From positions 1-35,443 of the IMG/VR virus record IMGVR_UViG_3300045988_020417: a stretch of DNA of 35,443 nucleotides; one strand, 5' to 3'. The notes beneath the pieces are model-generated. The model was not told the DNA's origin. It searched no databases and saw only the letters and a program-made list of their open reading frames with translations. The stretch comes from a virus. This document shows positions 14,449-24,983 of the stretch, one piece after another. Numbering within the stretch: the first letter of the stretch is position 1; every line of letters starts with the position of its first letter. A program made the position numbers and the translations under genes.

Positions 14449-15327
14449 ATGAAACTCATCTTGTGTCAACCCGCTATTCAGAGATTTGAGTGGGAGCTGG
14501 AAGTCTGCCTAACCAATCTGCAAAGTGTCGGGTTTGACATGAAAGATGTCGTTTTGCTCTTCACTGTGCATGATTCTAAGGTGCCAGAAACGCTTTCCAG
14601 CAAACATGGAGTAGAAGTACACACGTATACTGACAAGCGCTCAGACAAGCAATATATCCCGTCTGTGAAGCCGTGGCTATGGTGGCAGTATCTTGCAGAA
14701 GACCATGAGCGTGAGAATGAAGACTATTTCTACTTCGACAGCGATGTGATCTTCCGTAAACGGCCAGACTTTCGCAAGCTGAAAGCAAAGCCTGATCGTT
14801 GGCTGTGCAGTAACACGCTTAGCTATATCAGTGTTGACTATATCAAGCAGTGCGAACACGGAGAAGAGATTCTGAAACGCATGGCTGACATTGTCGGAGT
14901 TACGGTAGCTTCGCTTGAAACAATCAACCACAATTCGGGTGGTGCCCAATGGCTCATCAGTCACCCGTCAACTGAATACTGGCGAAAGGTGTATGTCGAT
15001 AGCAACCGACTGTGGCAATACTTGCAGACAGTCGACAGCAATATCCAGAAATGGACCGCAGAAATGTGGGCGCAGTTGTGGAATATGATGTATTTCAACA
15101 TCGGACCCGTCATCAGCGATGAACTAGACTTTTGTTGGGCTACTGATCCAGTCAAGCGATGGAATGAAACCAAGATCATGCACAATGCTGGCGTGACCGT
15201 GAATGACAAACGCTTGTTCTTCAAAGGCAAGTACGTTAATCACACGCCGTTTGATGATGACCTTAGTTTTGTTGACAAGTCGAAGTGCTCATACAAGTAT
15301 GTGCAAGCAGTAAAGGCGGTGAAATGA
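14449..15327 (+). CDS. Putative GT-A fold nucleotide-sugar glycosyltransferase (GT8-like)
   Basis: GGAGG RBS 5 nt before ATG 14449. DxD motif in YFYFDSDVIF. A GT8-like layout: YIPSVKPWLWWQYL upstream, NSGGAQWLIS...YWRK downstream, and IMHNAG near the C-terminus. Confidence 0.55.
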   Translation: MKLILCQPAIQRFEWELEVCLTNLQSVGFDMKDVVLLFTVHDSKVPETLSSKHGVEVHTYTDKRSDKQYIPSVKPWLWWQYLAEDHERENEDYFYFDSDVIFRKRPDFRKLKAKPDRWLCSNTLSYISVDYIKQCEHGEEILKRMADIVGVTVASLETINHNSGGAQWLISHPSTEYWRKVYVDSNRLWQYLQTVDSNIQKWTAEMWAQLWNMMYFNIGPVISDELDFCWATDPVKRWNETKIMHNAGVTVNDKRLFFKGKYVNHTPFDDDLSFVDKSKCSYKYVQAVKAVK

Positions 15328-15686
15328 TGGCTGATTCAGATACAAAGGAAGATATTTTGGCAAGTGTTAAGCTTCGCATCAGTTTGACTGATACGTTGCA
15401 AGATAACTTGTTGAGTGATTTGATTGATGACGCCACAGCACGTGTGCTGACTTATATCAACCAAGACGGTATTGTCAATCAGACTGTACCAGATGCAGTT
15501 GCATGGGTAATCAAGGACATTGTGGTGAAGATGTATAACCGCATCGGTGATGAAGGCAAGCAAAGTGGCACCGAAGGCAACGTATCAAACACGTGGGAAG
15601 CAATAGATTTGTCTAAGTATTCTGACGCGCTGGACGGCTACCGTGAGTCATCGCAAAGCCGCCGACCGGGGATGAGATTCGTATGA
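15324..15686 (+). CDS. Head-tail connector protein (gp6-like)
   Basis: ATGA overlap with the upstream gene. The pattern ILASVKLRISLTDTLQDNLLSDLIDDATARVLTY is typical of gp6-like connectors. Confidence 0.7.
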   Translation: MMADSDTKEDILASVKLRISLTDTLQDNLLSDLIDDATARVLTYINQDGIVNQTVPDAVAWVIKDIVVKMYNRIGDEGKQSGTEGNVSNTWEAIDLSKYSDALDGYRESSQSRRPGMRFV

Positions 15687-15979
15687 GATACAATAATCGA
15701 ATCACCCTCATTAGGAAGGTACCGCCCGCTGATCCGTTGCATGACAGACCGACAGAGACGCGAGAGACGGTGACTTGCCTGACAATCCCAATCACCAGTG
15801 CACAAGAACTGTCTGTATACGGTCTTGTGAACACCATGGCCTATGAGATTCACGTAAAGAACCCAGTAAAGCCTGTGAATGAAATCGAGCTTGACGGTGT
15901 CAAATGGACAATCAACAAGACATTCGTTAACCGCAAGTCAACGGTATTCATCGTGTCAGGAGGTGCAAGCAATGGCTAA
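15683..15979 (+). CDS. Head closure / head-tail adaptor protein
   Basis: 98 aa, ATGA overlap, and the expected position in an SPP1-like connector module. Confidence 0.6.
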   Translation: MRYNNRITLIRKVPPADPLHDRPTETRETVTCLTIPITSAQELSVYGLVNTMAYEIHVKNPVKPVNEIELDGVKWTINKTFVNRKSTVFIVSGGASNG

Positions 15980-16346
15980 TACCAACGTCACATGGACTGG
16001 GCTAAGCAGTCTCATGGAACAAATTGGTGCCACGGCAGCAAAAACAATTGAAGCCGCCTCATCGGCAATGAAAACAACTACCGGCCAAGTTCAAGCAACA
16101 GCTAAACAGGTGGCACCAAAAAGAACCGGATACATGGCAAACAATATTAGTGTTGAGCCAGTCAATAAGACAGCGACCTCTGTCACGGGAACTGTAGATG
16201 CCAAGGCTGATTATTCATCTTTTGTGGAATTTGGCACCTACAAAATGTCAGCCGAGCCATTCATTCGTCCAGCCGTTTCAGCAGCACAATCGTTTTTCAT
16301 TAAAACGACAATGGACAAGCTAAAGGAGGCGGCAACGTTCAAATGA
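15972..16346 (+). CDS. HK97 gp10-like neck/tail component
   Basis: AGGAGG RBS plus ATG 15972. TGYMANNISVEP...ADYSSFVEFGT...AEPFIRPA resembles the HK97 gp10 family. Confidence 0.7.
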   Translation: MANTNVTWTGLSSLMEQIGATAAKTIEAASSAMKTTTGQVQATAKQVAPKRTGYMANNISVEPVNKTATSVTGTVDAKADYSSFVEFGTYKMSAEPFIRPAVSAAQSFFIKTTMDKLKEAATFK

Positions 16347-16708
16347 CACTCTCTCAATGGTACGAAGATGTGCAAACTCAATTGATCGCTGATGGCCTCA
16401 ACCCTGTATTCGTTCAGCCGGACGCTAAGAGCACGTTGCCACTGGTTTTCGTGAACGTTCATGTTGATGCTGATATGTCATCTAAGACGGGGACACTATC
16501 GAGTGTTGGCCAGCAGATTGACATTTACGACAGCATCGACACTCCGCCTGCTGAATGGGAAGACTTCGTTCGCAAGGTGAAATGGTCACTCAGTAAGGTG
16601 ACACGGTGGCAATCACTGACGGCATCTAATTCAATCGACACAAGCATGGGCGAGAGTACACCATTACGTCGCTGTATGCTTCTCATTACTTTAGAAGGAG
16701 ATTATTAA
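16343..16708 (+). CDS. Tail completion protein
   Basis: 121 aa, ATGA overlap, immediately before the major tail protein. Confidence 0.6.
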   Translation: MTLSQWYEDVQTQLIADGLNPVFVQPDAKSTLPLVFVNVHVDADMSSKTGTLSSVGQQIDIYDSIDTPPAEWEDFVRKVKWSLSKVTRWQSLTASNSIDTSMGESTPLRRCMLLITLEGDY

Positions 16709-16709
16709 A

Positions 16710-17360
16710 ATGGCAGTTCCAGTAAACAATGGCATTAAGTATGTAAAAGATACCCCTTATCGTGGTAAAGACGTTTGGTACTTTATCCAATCAACAGATC
16801 CTAAAGTAGCGCCCATTGGTAGCCCCGCAATCTTGCCGGCTCACCAAGAGTCCGGCGATACAAGTATCGAAGGCGATTCTCTTGATGAACAAACCAAGAT
16901 GGGTCGCGTTGTAGCAGCGTCAACCAATGAAGATAGTATTGAGCTAACGAGCTACATGGTTCCCGGGGACACCGCAAACGACATCATTATTGATGCCAAG
17001 CACAATGGCCGGCAAGTTAAGGTATGGCGCGTCATTGTTGATGAACGACTTGCAGTTGTCGAAGGCGACCACAAGGCTTATCCAGCAATGTTTGGCTATG
17101 GTATTGTCGACAGTGCCGACATTTCCGATGAAGACAGTTTCTCCGAAATGGACTTCACTTTGAACATCATCGGTAAATTGGCAGACAAGAACGCTGACGG
17201 TACGCCCGGCACCTTCCCTCTGTCTGACGATCAGGTGGCAGCACTTAGTGAACTGTACGACTACGAACGCCCAGGTGAAAAGCAAGGTGAATTTGCTGAC
17301 AGTGCAGTAACATCGACTACCACAAGCTCATCAACTACTACCACCACTTCACACGCTTAA
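16710..17360 (+). CDS. Major tail (tube) protein with a Thr/Ser-rich C-terminal tail
   Basis: 216 aa, positioned before the chaperone pair and the tape measure protein. The C-terminus is TSTTTSSSTTTTTSHA. Confidence 0.8.
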   Translation: MAVPVNNGIKYVKDTPYRGKDVWYFIQSTDPKVAPIGSPAILPAHQESGDTSIEGDSLDEQTKMGRVVAASTNEDSIELTSYMVPGDTANDIIIDAKHNGRQVKVWRVIVDERLAVVEGDHKAYPAMFGYGIVDSADISDEDSFSEMDFTLNIIGKLADKNADGTPGTFPLSDDQVAALSELYDYERPGEKQGEFADSAVTSTTTSSSTTTTTSHA

Positions 17361-17423
17361 TTAATCGCACACAGAGACGAGTAGGCTGCGGCCGATCTGA
17401 GACGACAATCTAGGAGGATATTC

Positions 17424-17864
17424 ATGTTAGAAATTACGGTAAAAGGTCAACCAGTAGAAGCCAAATTCAATTTCCGCGCGTTGTTCCGCGCAAATAAGCT
17501 CTACAGTTCTGCTGAAGGTGCCAATGATGGTGCAAGCTCAATCTGGCTGGCATTCGTTACTGATGACGATATGGCATTGTTCAAAGCGCTGCGTGTGCTG
17601 CTGCCAAAGTCATACACAGACGATGACATTATGGACGCACTCGACAAGGCCGAAGAAGACGGCAAGTCGCAAGAACTATTCAAAGAAGTTGAGCAGGAGC
17701 TTCATGAGTCTGGTTTTTTCAAACACGCAGCACAACGCTGGCTGAACTTGACCGAAAAATACGGGAAAGCATTGACGGACAAGAAGAACAAGACAGCCGA
17801 AGAGAAGATTCAAGAAGCAGCGACCAAGGATACCCTGGACGCAATGAAGAAGAGTCTCTCTTAA
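17424..17864 (+). CDS. Tail assembly chaperone (gpG-like)
   Basis: AGGAGG RBS, acidic 146 aa, directly upstream of the tape measure protein. Confidence 0.75.
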   Translation: MLEITVKGQPVEAKFNFRALFRANKLYSSAEGANDGASSIWLAFVTDDDMALFKALRVLLPKSYTDDDIMDALDKAEEDGKSQELFKEVEQELHESGFFKHAAQRWLNLTEKYGKALTDKKNKTAEEKIQEAATKDTLDAMKKSLS

Positions 17865-18169
17865 CTGATTTTGCCCGTCACGGGATATATGATCCCGATA
17901 TGCCATTCAATTTGTACATGTGGGAGGCCCGTTCAATCTTGGAAGGGTCTTTTTTGCGTGATGTCGATATGAGACGCGACCTGATGGAACTTGCCGTCAA
18001 TATTGCCAATATCCAGAACGCAAAGAACCCTAAGCGATCAGTTAAAACTGGCTATAAGAATATTGATAAGGCCGAACAAAAGATACTCAAACGCAGTGGC
18101 AATCGAGAAAGAAAGCCTGATGTAGAAATGATCAAGAAACTCAATGCCGCATTTGGAGGTGGTAGCTAA
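17424..18169 (+). CDS. Tail assembly chaperone G-T fusion, made by -1 frameshift at 17714..17720
   Basis: The -1 frame is open from 17708 to 18169. T TTT TTC is a canonical X XXY YYZ heptamer in the zero frame (ggT TTT TTC). Confidence 0.6.
17714..17720 (+). promoter_or_regulatory. Slippery heptamer T TTT TTC
   Basis: It lies in phase with the gpG frame, and the downstream -1 frame is open to the stop at 18169. Confidence 0.55.
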
Positions 18170-21084
18170 TGGCAAACGTAGTCGCAACATTCACAGCAAA
18201 CATCGCACCATTCCAATCAGCAATGGGAAGCCTAGCGACCTCAGTCAAAGCTGGCACTGACGCTGCTTCTAATGCAGGCCAACGAGTCGGTGGAGCCATG
18301 GCAAGCATCGGTAAAGCGAGCACGATTGCGGGAGTTGCTGTAGGTGCTATGGCGGTCGGGGCTATCAAAAGCTATGGCACTTTCCAAGAGTCGATCAACA
18401 AGGCAGCAGTCATTGCTGGTTCCAGTAACAAGTCGCTTAAGGGTGATATGAAGGATCTCGAAACAGAAGCGCTTTCATTAGGTAAAACTTTACCCATCAG
18501 TGCCGAAGATGCCGGCAACGCAATGATTGAAATGGCTCGTAACGGTGCATCAATCAAAGACCTGAAGACTGAGTTTCCGGCTATTGCTAAGGCTTCTGCT
18601 GTCGCCGGTGCTGATTTGGCTGGAACTGCCACCACCGTTCAACAAGCAATGAATATCTGGGGTGGAGGCGCTAAGAACGCAGCTAAAGATTCAGCTATCT
18701 TGGCCTTAAATGCTAACATGTCCAATGCCGAAGTCGAAGACATGGGGCAAGCATTTGCTAACGTTGGTTCAACTGCTGCTACGTTGGGCATTGGCATCAA
18801 AGACACAGCAACTGCAATCGGATTAATGAGTAATGCTGGTCTTGGGGCTGCACAAGGTTCTCAAGACTTGGCCCACGCATTAACATTGATGGCTCGCCCG
18901 TCTAAAGTGGCTGCCGGAGAAATGCGAGCATTGGGCATCACTTACACAGATTCTCAAGGCAAATTCAAGCCATTCCCACAAATTCTTAAAGAAGTTGCAA
19001 AAGCGACTGATGGCATGAGTCAGTCTCAAAAAGTTGCGGCATTGACTAACTTATACGGTGCTGCGGGTGCCAAAGCTATGCTGCCACTTTTGATCCAGAC
19101 AGAGAAAAAAACTAAGAGTGGCAAGTCCGGTTGGGACGCCTATTCTGATTCTCTAGGAAAAGTAAGTAGCTCTGCCAAGGCCGCAAACAAATATTTATCA
19201 GACAACTCTGCCAATATGACAAAGAACGTTGGCCAGTCACTCGCACAGATGAAGGATGCTTTTGATGCAGTAATCAAAACTTCAATTGGATCTATCGCTC
19301 CTCAAATTCAATCGGTAGCTAATGCGCTCGGAGGATTTGCAACCTGGTTAAATAATACAAATGGTCCATTGCAGTCGTTCATTAAAGGCCTTATCGCTAT
19401 GTCACCCATTATTGCCGGAGTTCTTGTTGTGTTTGGCCTTTTAACTAGTGGTATCGGGAAAATAATTATCAGTTTCAAATCAATTATTGGCGCTGTCAAA
19501 GCTGTTGGCGGTGGCATCAAAGCCATGTGGGGATTAATGGCGGCAAACCCAGTTGTGACCATTATTGTTGCTATTGCAGCTCTTGTGGCAGGTCTGGTGT
19601 ACTTTTTCACTCAAACAAAAACGGGTCAAAAGATTTGGTATGAATTTGTTTCTGGCCTAAAGAGCATGTGGAATGGTATTGCTTCATTCTTCAGCGGTTT
19701 GTGGAGCGGCATAACTAAAACTTTTAGCAATGCTGCTAAGGGCGTTCAAAATGGATGGAATTCAGTAACCACGTTCTTCAGCAACTTATGGAATGGCATT
19801 GTTAATGGTGCTACAAGCGCATGGAACGGACTAACATCATTTCTTTCTGGGACGTGGAGTGGAATTGTCAATATTGCGACAAGCGTTTGGGGCGGAATCA
19901 GCTCATTCTTCTCTGGGCTATGGCAAGGGATCGTGTCCGTGGCTACTGGTATTTGGAACACATTTGGACCTGCGTTAACGACAATATGGCAAGGGATTGT
20001 ATCAATTGCCACTGGTGTTTGGAATATGCTGAAAGCTGTCATTATGGGTCCTATTCTGATCGTGCTAGATTTTCTTACGGGAAGTTGGACACAGATGGGG
20101 GCTGACCTTCAGCTTATCTGGACAAGTATTGTTACAGCAGCCAGCCAGATTTGGACTGGGCTTGTCACATACTTCTCAGGAGTATGGGATTTGATTACAA
20201 CTTATGCCCAAACGGCATGGGATCTATTCACGTCTGTTATCGAAGCGGTATGGAACGGCATCGTTTCAGGGGCTTCTGCAATTTGGAGTGCGCTTGGTTC
20301 ATTCTTCAGTGGATTGTGGAATGGAATTGTCTCCACCGCGGAGTCCATTTGGAATAGTGTTGCTTCTTTTCTTTCTGGTTTATGGAGTGGCACAGTTAGC
20401 ACTGCAGAGGGCATATGGAATGCTCTTCCCGGTTTCTTCTCAGGACTGTGGAGCAGCATCACCTCCTTCTTCTCATCAGCATGGAGTAGCATCAGCTCAA
20501 TTGTAATGGGAGCTGCCAGCAACATTGTGAATGGAGCCAGAAGCGTTTGGAGTGGTTTTACAGGAATTGTGTCCAATGTTGTGAATGGAATTCGGAATGG
20601 ATTCAATGCAATAAGGAATATCAATCTGCTTGACGCTGGTCGCGCTATCATGGACAGCTTTTTCAGCGGCCTAACTGCTGCTTGGAGCAAGGTTCAATCA
20701 TTTGTTGGAGGAATTGCTTCTTGGATTCGCCAGCACAAGGGACCTATTAGCTATGATGCCAAGCTGTTAATCCCTGCTGGTAATGCAATCATGGGTGGCT
20801 TGAATCAAGGACTACAAAATTCATTCTGGTCTGTTCAGAAGACGGTTTCTGGAATGGCAAGCGATATTTCTGACAACATGTCGGCAAACATCAGCAACTT
20901 GTCTAACGCTGGCGCACAGTTCAGCTCTGGAGACGTCACTCAGTCAATTGATGCAAGTGAACGAATCACGCCAAACATCTACGTCCAAAACAACGTTGAT
21001 AAGAATGGCATTAACAGCATGGTCAAGGAAGTGGACGCTAATGACGCAGCCGTTAGCAGCTATTTCCGGCCGATTGGAGGGTAG
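18169..21084 (+). CDS. Tape measure protein
   Basis: 971 aa with a central TM-like segment and a long region of Trp residues spaced 11 aa apart (WNGI...FFSGLW...). Confidence 0.9.
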   Translation: MANVVATFTANIAPFQSAMGSLATSVKAGTDAASNAGQRVGGAMASIGKASTIAGVAVGAMAVGAIKSYGTFQESINKAAVIAGSSNKSLKGDMKDLETEALSLGKTLPISAEDAGNAMIEMARNGASIKDLKTEFPAIAKASAVAGADLAGTATTVQQAMNIWGGGAKNAAKDSAILALNANMSNAEVEDMGQAFANVGSTAATLGIGIKDTATAIGLMSNAGLGAAQGSQDLAHALTLMARPSKVAAGEMRALGITYTDSQGKFKPFPQILKEVAKATDGMSQSQKVAALTNLYGAAGAKAMLPLLIQTEKKTKSGKSGWDAYSDSLGKVSSSAKAANKYLSDNSANMTKNVGQSLAQMKDAFDAVIKTSIGSIAPQIQSVANALGGFATWLNNTNGPLQSFIKGLIAMSPIIAGVLVVFGLLTSGIGKIIISFKSIIGAVKAVGGGIKAMWGLMAANPVVTIIVAIAALVAGLVYFFTQTKTGQKIWYEFVSGLKSMWNGIASFFSGLWSGITKTFSNAAKGVQNGWNSVTTFFSNLWNGIVNGATSAWNGLTSFLSGTWSGIVNIATSVWGGISSFFSGLWQGIVSVATGIWNTFGPALTTIWQGIVSIATGVWNMLKAVIMGPILIVLDFLTGSWTQMGADLQLIWTSIVTAASQIWTGLVTYFSGVWDLITTYAQTAWDLFTSVIEAVWNGIVSGASAIWSALGSFFSGLWNGIVSTAESIWNSVASFLSGLWSGTVSTAEGIWNALPGFFSGLWSSITSFFSSAWSSISSIVMGAASNIVNGARSVWSGFTGIVSNVVNGIRNGFNAIRNINLLDAGRAIMDSFFSGLTAAWSKVQSFVGGIASWIRQHKGPISYDAKLLIPAGNAIMGGLNQGLQNSFWSVQKTVSGMASDISDNMSANISNLSNAGAQFSSGDVTQSIDASERITPNIYVQNNVDKNGINSMVKEVDANDAAVSSYFRPIGG

Positions 21085-21087
21085 TAT

Positions 21088-21906
21088 ATGGACCTATTAG
21101 TTGAAAAGCTCGATGGTAGACGCTACTACCTGAGCCAATACAAGGTGCTAATAACTGATTTCGAGGAATCAGCACCATCGGTCACTCGAAATAGCAAGCA
21201 GCTCGATCAGCGTAACGGCAACATTGACTTTGGCGGTTGGCATACCGATAAAACAATCAATATTACCGGTTACTATCGGGCAGATGACATGGACGATGAA
21301 GAAGCACTTCGTGAGAAGCTGTATGCGCTGCTTTCAGATCCTGACGGTTATTACATCACCCAGCTGAAAACATCGCCAGAGACGGCAGTTGAGAGGCCAG
21401 GAGAGACATCTGGAAACTACTACGACAAATTGAAAGATTATCCATCGCACAAGCGTTTTCTTGTTTATACAGAAGCGCCCGAGATGGAGCTAGTTGGCAA
21501 TGTCAATGGGACACTATTGTATAAGTTAACTTCTGAATTCAAGACTATGAAGTTGCCTTACGGTGAAACACCACCGGCCGATATTGATGTTAGCAGCATC
21601 GTTCCATACCGAGGGACTGTTCCATGCAATCAGCTCGAGCAAGGATTCGCTGTCCAATTCACTGCAACTGGTTCGGCATCATCATTGTCGCTCAAAATAG
21701 ATGACACTGAGCTGACATATAACGGTGCTGTTGCCGCTGGTGACGTGTTTATGTTTAGCGGCTTTAGCTACACTCAAAATGGGCTAAGCATCGTCAGCAA
21801 TACGAACAAGGCCTATTTTACTTTGCAACCTGATAAACCTAACCGAATTGCTTGTAATGTACCGGGCACAATCAGGATTCTTGGTTTCCAAAATCTATAC
21901 GCATAG
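21088..21906 (+). CDS. Distal tail protein (Dit)
   Basis: 272 aa, immediately after the tape measure protein. Confidence 0.7.
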   Translation: MDLLVEKLDGRRYYLSQYKVLITDFEESAPSVTRNSKQLDQRNGNIDFGGWHTDKTINITGYYRADDMDDEEALREKLYALLSDPDGYYITQLKTSPETAVERPGETSGNYYDKLKDYPSHKRFLVYTEAPEMELVGNVNGTLLYKLTSEFKTMKLPYGETPPADIDVSSIVPYRGTVPCNQLEQGFAVQFTATGSASSLSLKIDDTELTYNGAVAAGDVFMFSGFSYTQNGLSIVSNTNKAYFTLQPDKPNRIACNVPGTIRILGFQNLYA

Positions 21907-21918
21907 GAGGCGTGATTA

Positions 21919-24027
21919 TTGATCACATTCACAGACGTTGAGAATAATGAATATCAGGCCCAGTGCGAGATTGAGAAAACCGATGCGGTGAATGGTGAGA
22001 AATCATTATCTGGGACAATCTATTTTGGCCAAGATGTTAAGGCAAACATCGCGAAAGGCTGGACACTGTCCTTTCTTAACGAAGACTATGTTGTTGTCAC
22101 ATATACGAAGAACGACAAAGAGAATACTGTTGCATTCAGTGCCGTTCAGGCATTCTTTTACAAAATGAGTAAGACCGGTTTCTACGAAACTTGGAATGGC
22201 TCGCACCCGTTCTCCAGCTATCTTGATGCTCTGTTTGCTGGCACGGGGTATACGTACGACAACACAGCCACAGTTGCCGCTTTTGAGAAGCAGGATTGGG
22301 GCATGAGTGACCGTCTATCGTTGTTCAATGACATTATCGACCAAGCAAACGTTGAGTTCTATGTGGAGGGCACAGTTGTTCATGTCGTGCCAGCTATGGG
22401 GTCTGATCTTTCCACCATCGTTCGCAAAAAGTTCAATTTGGACACAGCAGAGATTCAGACGGATAACACAAGCTTTGCTACCTATGGACGCGGTTATGGT
22501 GCATACAGCAATCCTGATGACACCACAAGCCAACGCTTAGAAGTTGAGTACAAATCACCGCTGTATGATTACTACTATCCCAAGTTCGGCGCAATTGAAG
22601 CTGTTCCTATTGCTGATGAGCGGTACATGATTGCCGACAATTTGCTTGCTGCTGTGAAAGAAAAAGTTGACAAGAGTTGGAACATCTCGCTCACCCTAAA
22701 CCTTGTTGACTTGCAATCTGTCGGCTACAAATACGCGATGGCAAACCCCGGTGACTACATCACGGTGATTGATGAAAGCCTTAATTTCAGCGACAAAGTC
22801 AGGATCATCAAGGTTATAAGTGACTACGACATTCGCGGCACACGAACCAAAACGGAAGTTGAATGTGGTAGCCTGTCATTTTCCGAACAGCAGAAGACAT
22901 CACAATCAACACTGTCTAACGTAGCTGCCGGCAAGATTCCAGTGCCTAATGAATGGCTAACATCTCAAGTCCAGCTTGCAACAAACAGTCTTCTTGCCGC
23001 ACGAACAGAACTCAGGTTCACTGATCAAGGAATCATCGCTGTTGACAAGTCGGACTCAAACAAAGTTGTGATTCTCAATAGTGCTGGTCTGGGCGTGTCT
23101 ACTGATGGTGGTAAAACATTCAAAAGCGCCGTCACTGCCGATGGTGTGGTCGCTGATCGGCTATTCGGTAACCTCATTTCTGGTATCACCTACGAAACAG
23201 AAGACCCAGTAAGCCATTACAAAATTCGCCTAAAAGGTGGAGCTATGGAGCTTTACAAGGGCGATGAACTAATTGGTGGTATCAACCAAATGGTGACTGG
23301 TACCGATATTAACAACCGCGACGGTAACACGCTCAGGCTGGCACAAACGGACGGTAATGGCACAAGTGCCGGCGTTATCACCATTCCAACGACCTCGACG
23401 CAAAGTAAGCCGCTGGTTCAGATTAACGCTAAGATAGATTCCGACCTTAACTTCGCTGGCGGGGGCTCGAAATTCATTACTGCCGAAAACAAGCTGTGGC
23501 TTTCCTCTCCGGAAAAGGTCAACATCGGGGCAACCGACACGTCAACTGGGGTTGTGAATACACATCTAACCGTCACGAGTTCTGAGACTGATGTGTGGGG
23601 AAATTTCAATGTATACAATGGCTCTAAAAACGCTGTTCAGGTCACCCGTGACGGCATTCGTGCTACTCCTGCATATGAGTTGGCAGAAAACTATGTAGGC
23701 GATATTGGCGAGAGTAAAACGGGCAATGGCAAAACAGTGCGAGTTGACATTGATCCGCTCGTTTTTGATTTGATTAATACAGACAAGCCTTACCAAGTTT
23801 TCTTGACTGCTTACAGTGATGCGCACTTCTGGGTTTCTGAACGTGGCAATGACTACTTCATCGTTTCGTCAGACAGTCCTAATTCATCGTTTGGTTGGGA
23901 ACTCAAAGGCAAGCGCCGAGGATTTGAGAAACAACGCCTAGTTGATACAAAAGACACCTATGAAGATTTAGAAAAAATGGAGGGACTGATACCAAATGGC
24001 AATCAGAACATACAAAGTAACTCTTGA
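21919..24027 (+). CDS. Tail-associated protein (Tal) / tail endopeptidase-like
   Basis: TTG start with an AGGAGG RBS. 702 aa, following Dit. Confidence 0.7.
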   Translation: MITFTDVENNEYQAQCEIEKTDAVNGEKSLSGTIYFGQDVKANIAKGWTLSFLNEDYVVVTYTKNDKENTVAFSAVQAFFYKMSKTGFYETWNGSHPFSSYLDALFAGTGYTYDNTATVAAFEKQDWGMSDRLSLFNDIIDQANVEFYVEGTVVHVVPAMGSDLSTIVRKKFNLDTAEIQTDNTSFATYGRGYGAYSNPDDTTSQRLEVEYKSPLYDYYYPKFGAIEAVPIADERYMIADNLLAAVKEKVDKSWNISLTLNLVDLQSVGYKYAMANPGDYITVIDESLNFSDKVRIIKVISDYDIRGTRTKTEVECGSLSFSEQQKTSQSTLSNVAAGKIPVPNEWLTSQVQLATNSLLAARTELRFTDQGIIAVDKSDSNKVVILNSAGLGVSTDGGKTFKSAVTADGVVADRLFGNLISGITYETEDPVSHYKIRLKGGAMELYKGDELIGGINQMVTGTDINNRDGNTLRLAQTDGNGTSAGVITIPTTSTQSKPLVQINAKIDSDLNFAGGGSKFITAENKLWLSSPEKVNIGATDTSTGVVNTHLTVTSSETDVWGNFNVYNGSKNAVQVTRDGIRATPAYELAENYVGDIGESKTGNGKTVRVDIDPLVFDLINTDKPYQVFLTAYSDAHFWVSERGNDYFIVSSDSPNSSFGWELKGKRRGFEKQRLVDTKDTYEDLEKMEGLIPNGNQNIQSNS

Positions 24028-24970
24028 CACAAAAAATGCCATCGCTCCTGAGCCTATATATTTGCGTCAGGGAGACAAAACCGGCGCCGTGGTAATTGAT
24101 GCCACACTGATGGACAATGGTACCCCGGTGTCAATTAGTGGGCTAACGCCATCGTTCATGGCAAACACCGCTGACGGTAAGGCAGTCGTATCAGATACGA
24201 CTGGATTTTCAATTGTAGATGCATCTGGTGGCAAATTTACGTATCAAGTACCAAGCCAACTTGGATCAGTTCCAGGGAAAATCAAGATTGCTTATTTCTC
24301 ATTCACTGATTCAAACGGGAATCAGTCGACTTTCGACATCATGTTCGCTGTTTACCCAGCCGCAGACATGACTAAAGAAAGTGCCAAGGATTGGATCTCC
24401 AATCTCAACGAAATCATCAATCAATATAACCAGTGGGTTAATGACGCTCATTCTTCTTGGGCAGATTTTGTAAATGCGAATAAAGACATTCTCGAGAATA
24501 TTGATCCAGGAGGAAAGATCCTAAGCGAATTAATTGAAGCTAGGTCAGATGATGACGGCAACACTTATAGCAGCTTAAAAGAGCGCTTGAGCCATCTTGA
24601 GCCACTCCGATCTGAAGTTCACCTTGGCAGCATCACTTTTATAAATCAAGAAAACTCCTATCCAGATATAAAGTGCATGATTTATCGATATGGTGCCGGT
24701 GTTGCTCAACAAAGTCCTGTTGACATTGCTGGGGGAACATCCTTGTTTGGATTGAATGTCAGGATAGTATATCAAACATCATCAACAGCAGACATTTTTG
24801 TTGATATTACTGATGTCCAGAAATTGATACCAGGATATCAAATGGAAAGCCCAAGCTATGCTATCAATGGCAACCAGTTGTATCTGACAGCAGGCCAATC
24901 CAACCTTGCAGTTCAGATAGATAACTTGACAATTCAAACGTTTGACCTTGACTCTGAATTAAAAATATAA
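23996..24970 (+). CDS. Baseplate upper protein-like (BppU N-domain) / receptor-binding complex component
   Basis: The N-terminus MAIRTYKVTLDTKN...IYLRQGDKTGAVVIDATL resembles BppU_N. Confidence 0.6.
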   Translation: MAIRTYKVTLDTKNAIAPEPIYLRQGDKTGAVVIDATLMDNGTPVSISGLTPSFMANTADGKAVVSDTTGFSIVDASGGKFTYQVPSQLGSVPGKIKIAYFSFTDSNGNQSTFDIMFAVYPAADMTKESAKDWISNLNEIINQYNQWVNDAHSSWADFVNANKDILENIDPGGKILSELIEARSDDDGNTYSSLKERLSHLEPLRSEVHLGSITFINQENSYPDIKCMIYRYGAGVAQQSPVDIAGGTSLFGLNVRIVYQTSSTADIFVDITDVQKLIPGYQMESPSYAINGNQLYLTAGQSNLAVQIDNLTIQTFDLDSELKI

Positions 24971-24983
24971 GGGAGAAAACAAC

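Noticed and set aside
14300-14450. A -1 frameshift or read-through extension of the capsid and tail-tube proteins, as described for Lactobacillus phage A2.
   Set aside because: Downstream of both stops (14380 and 17360) all three frames close within a few codons. No slippery heptamer precedes either stop. The similar 3' ends are better explained as a shared C-terminal peptide tag.
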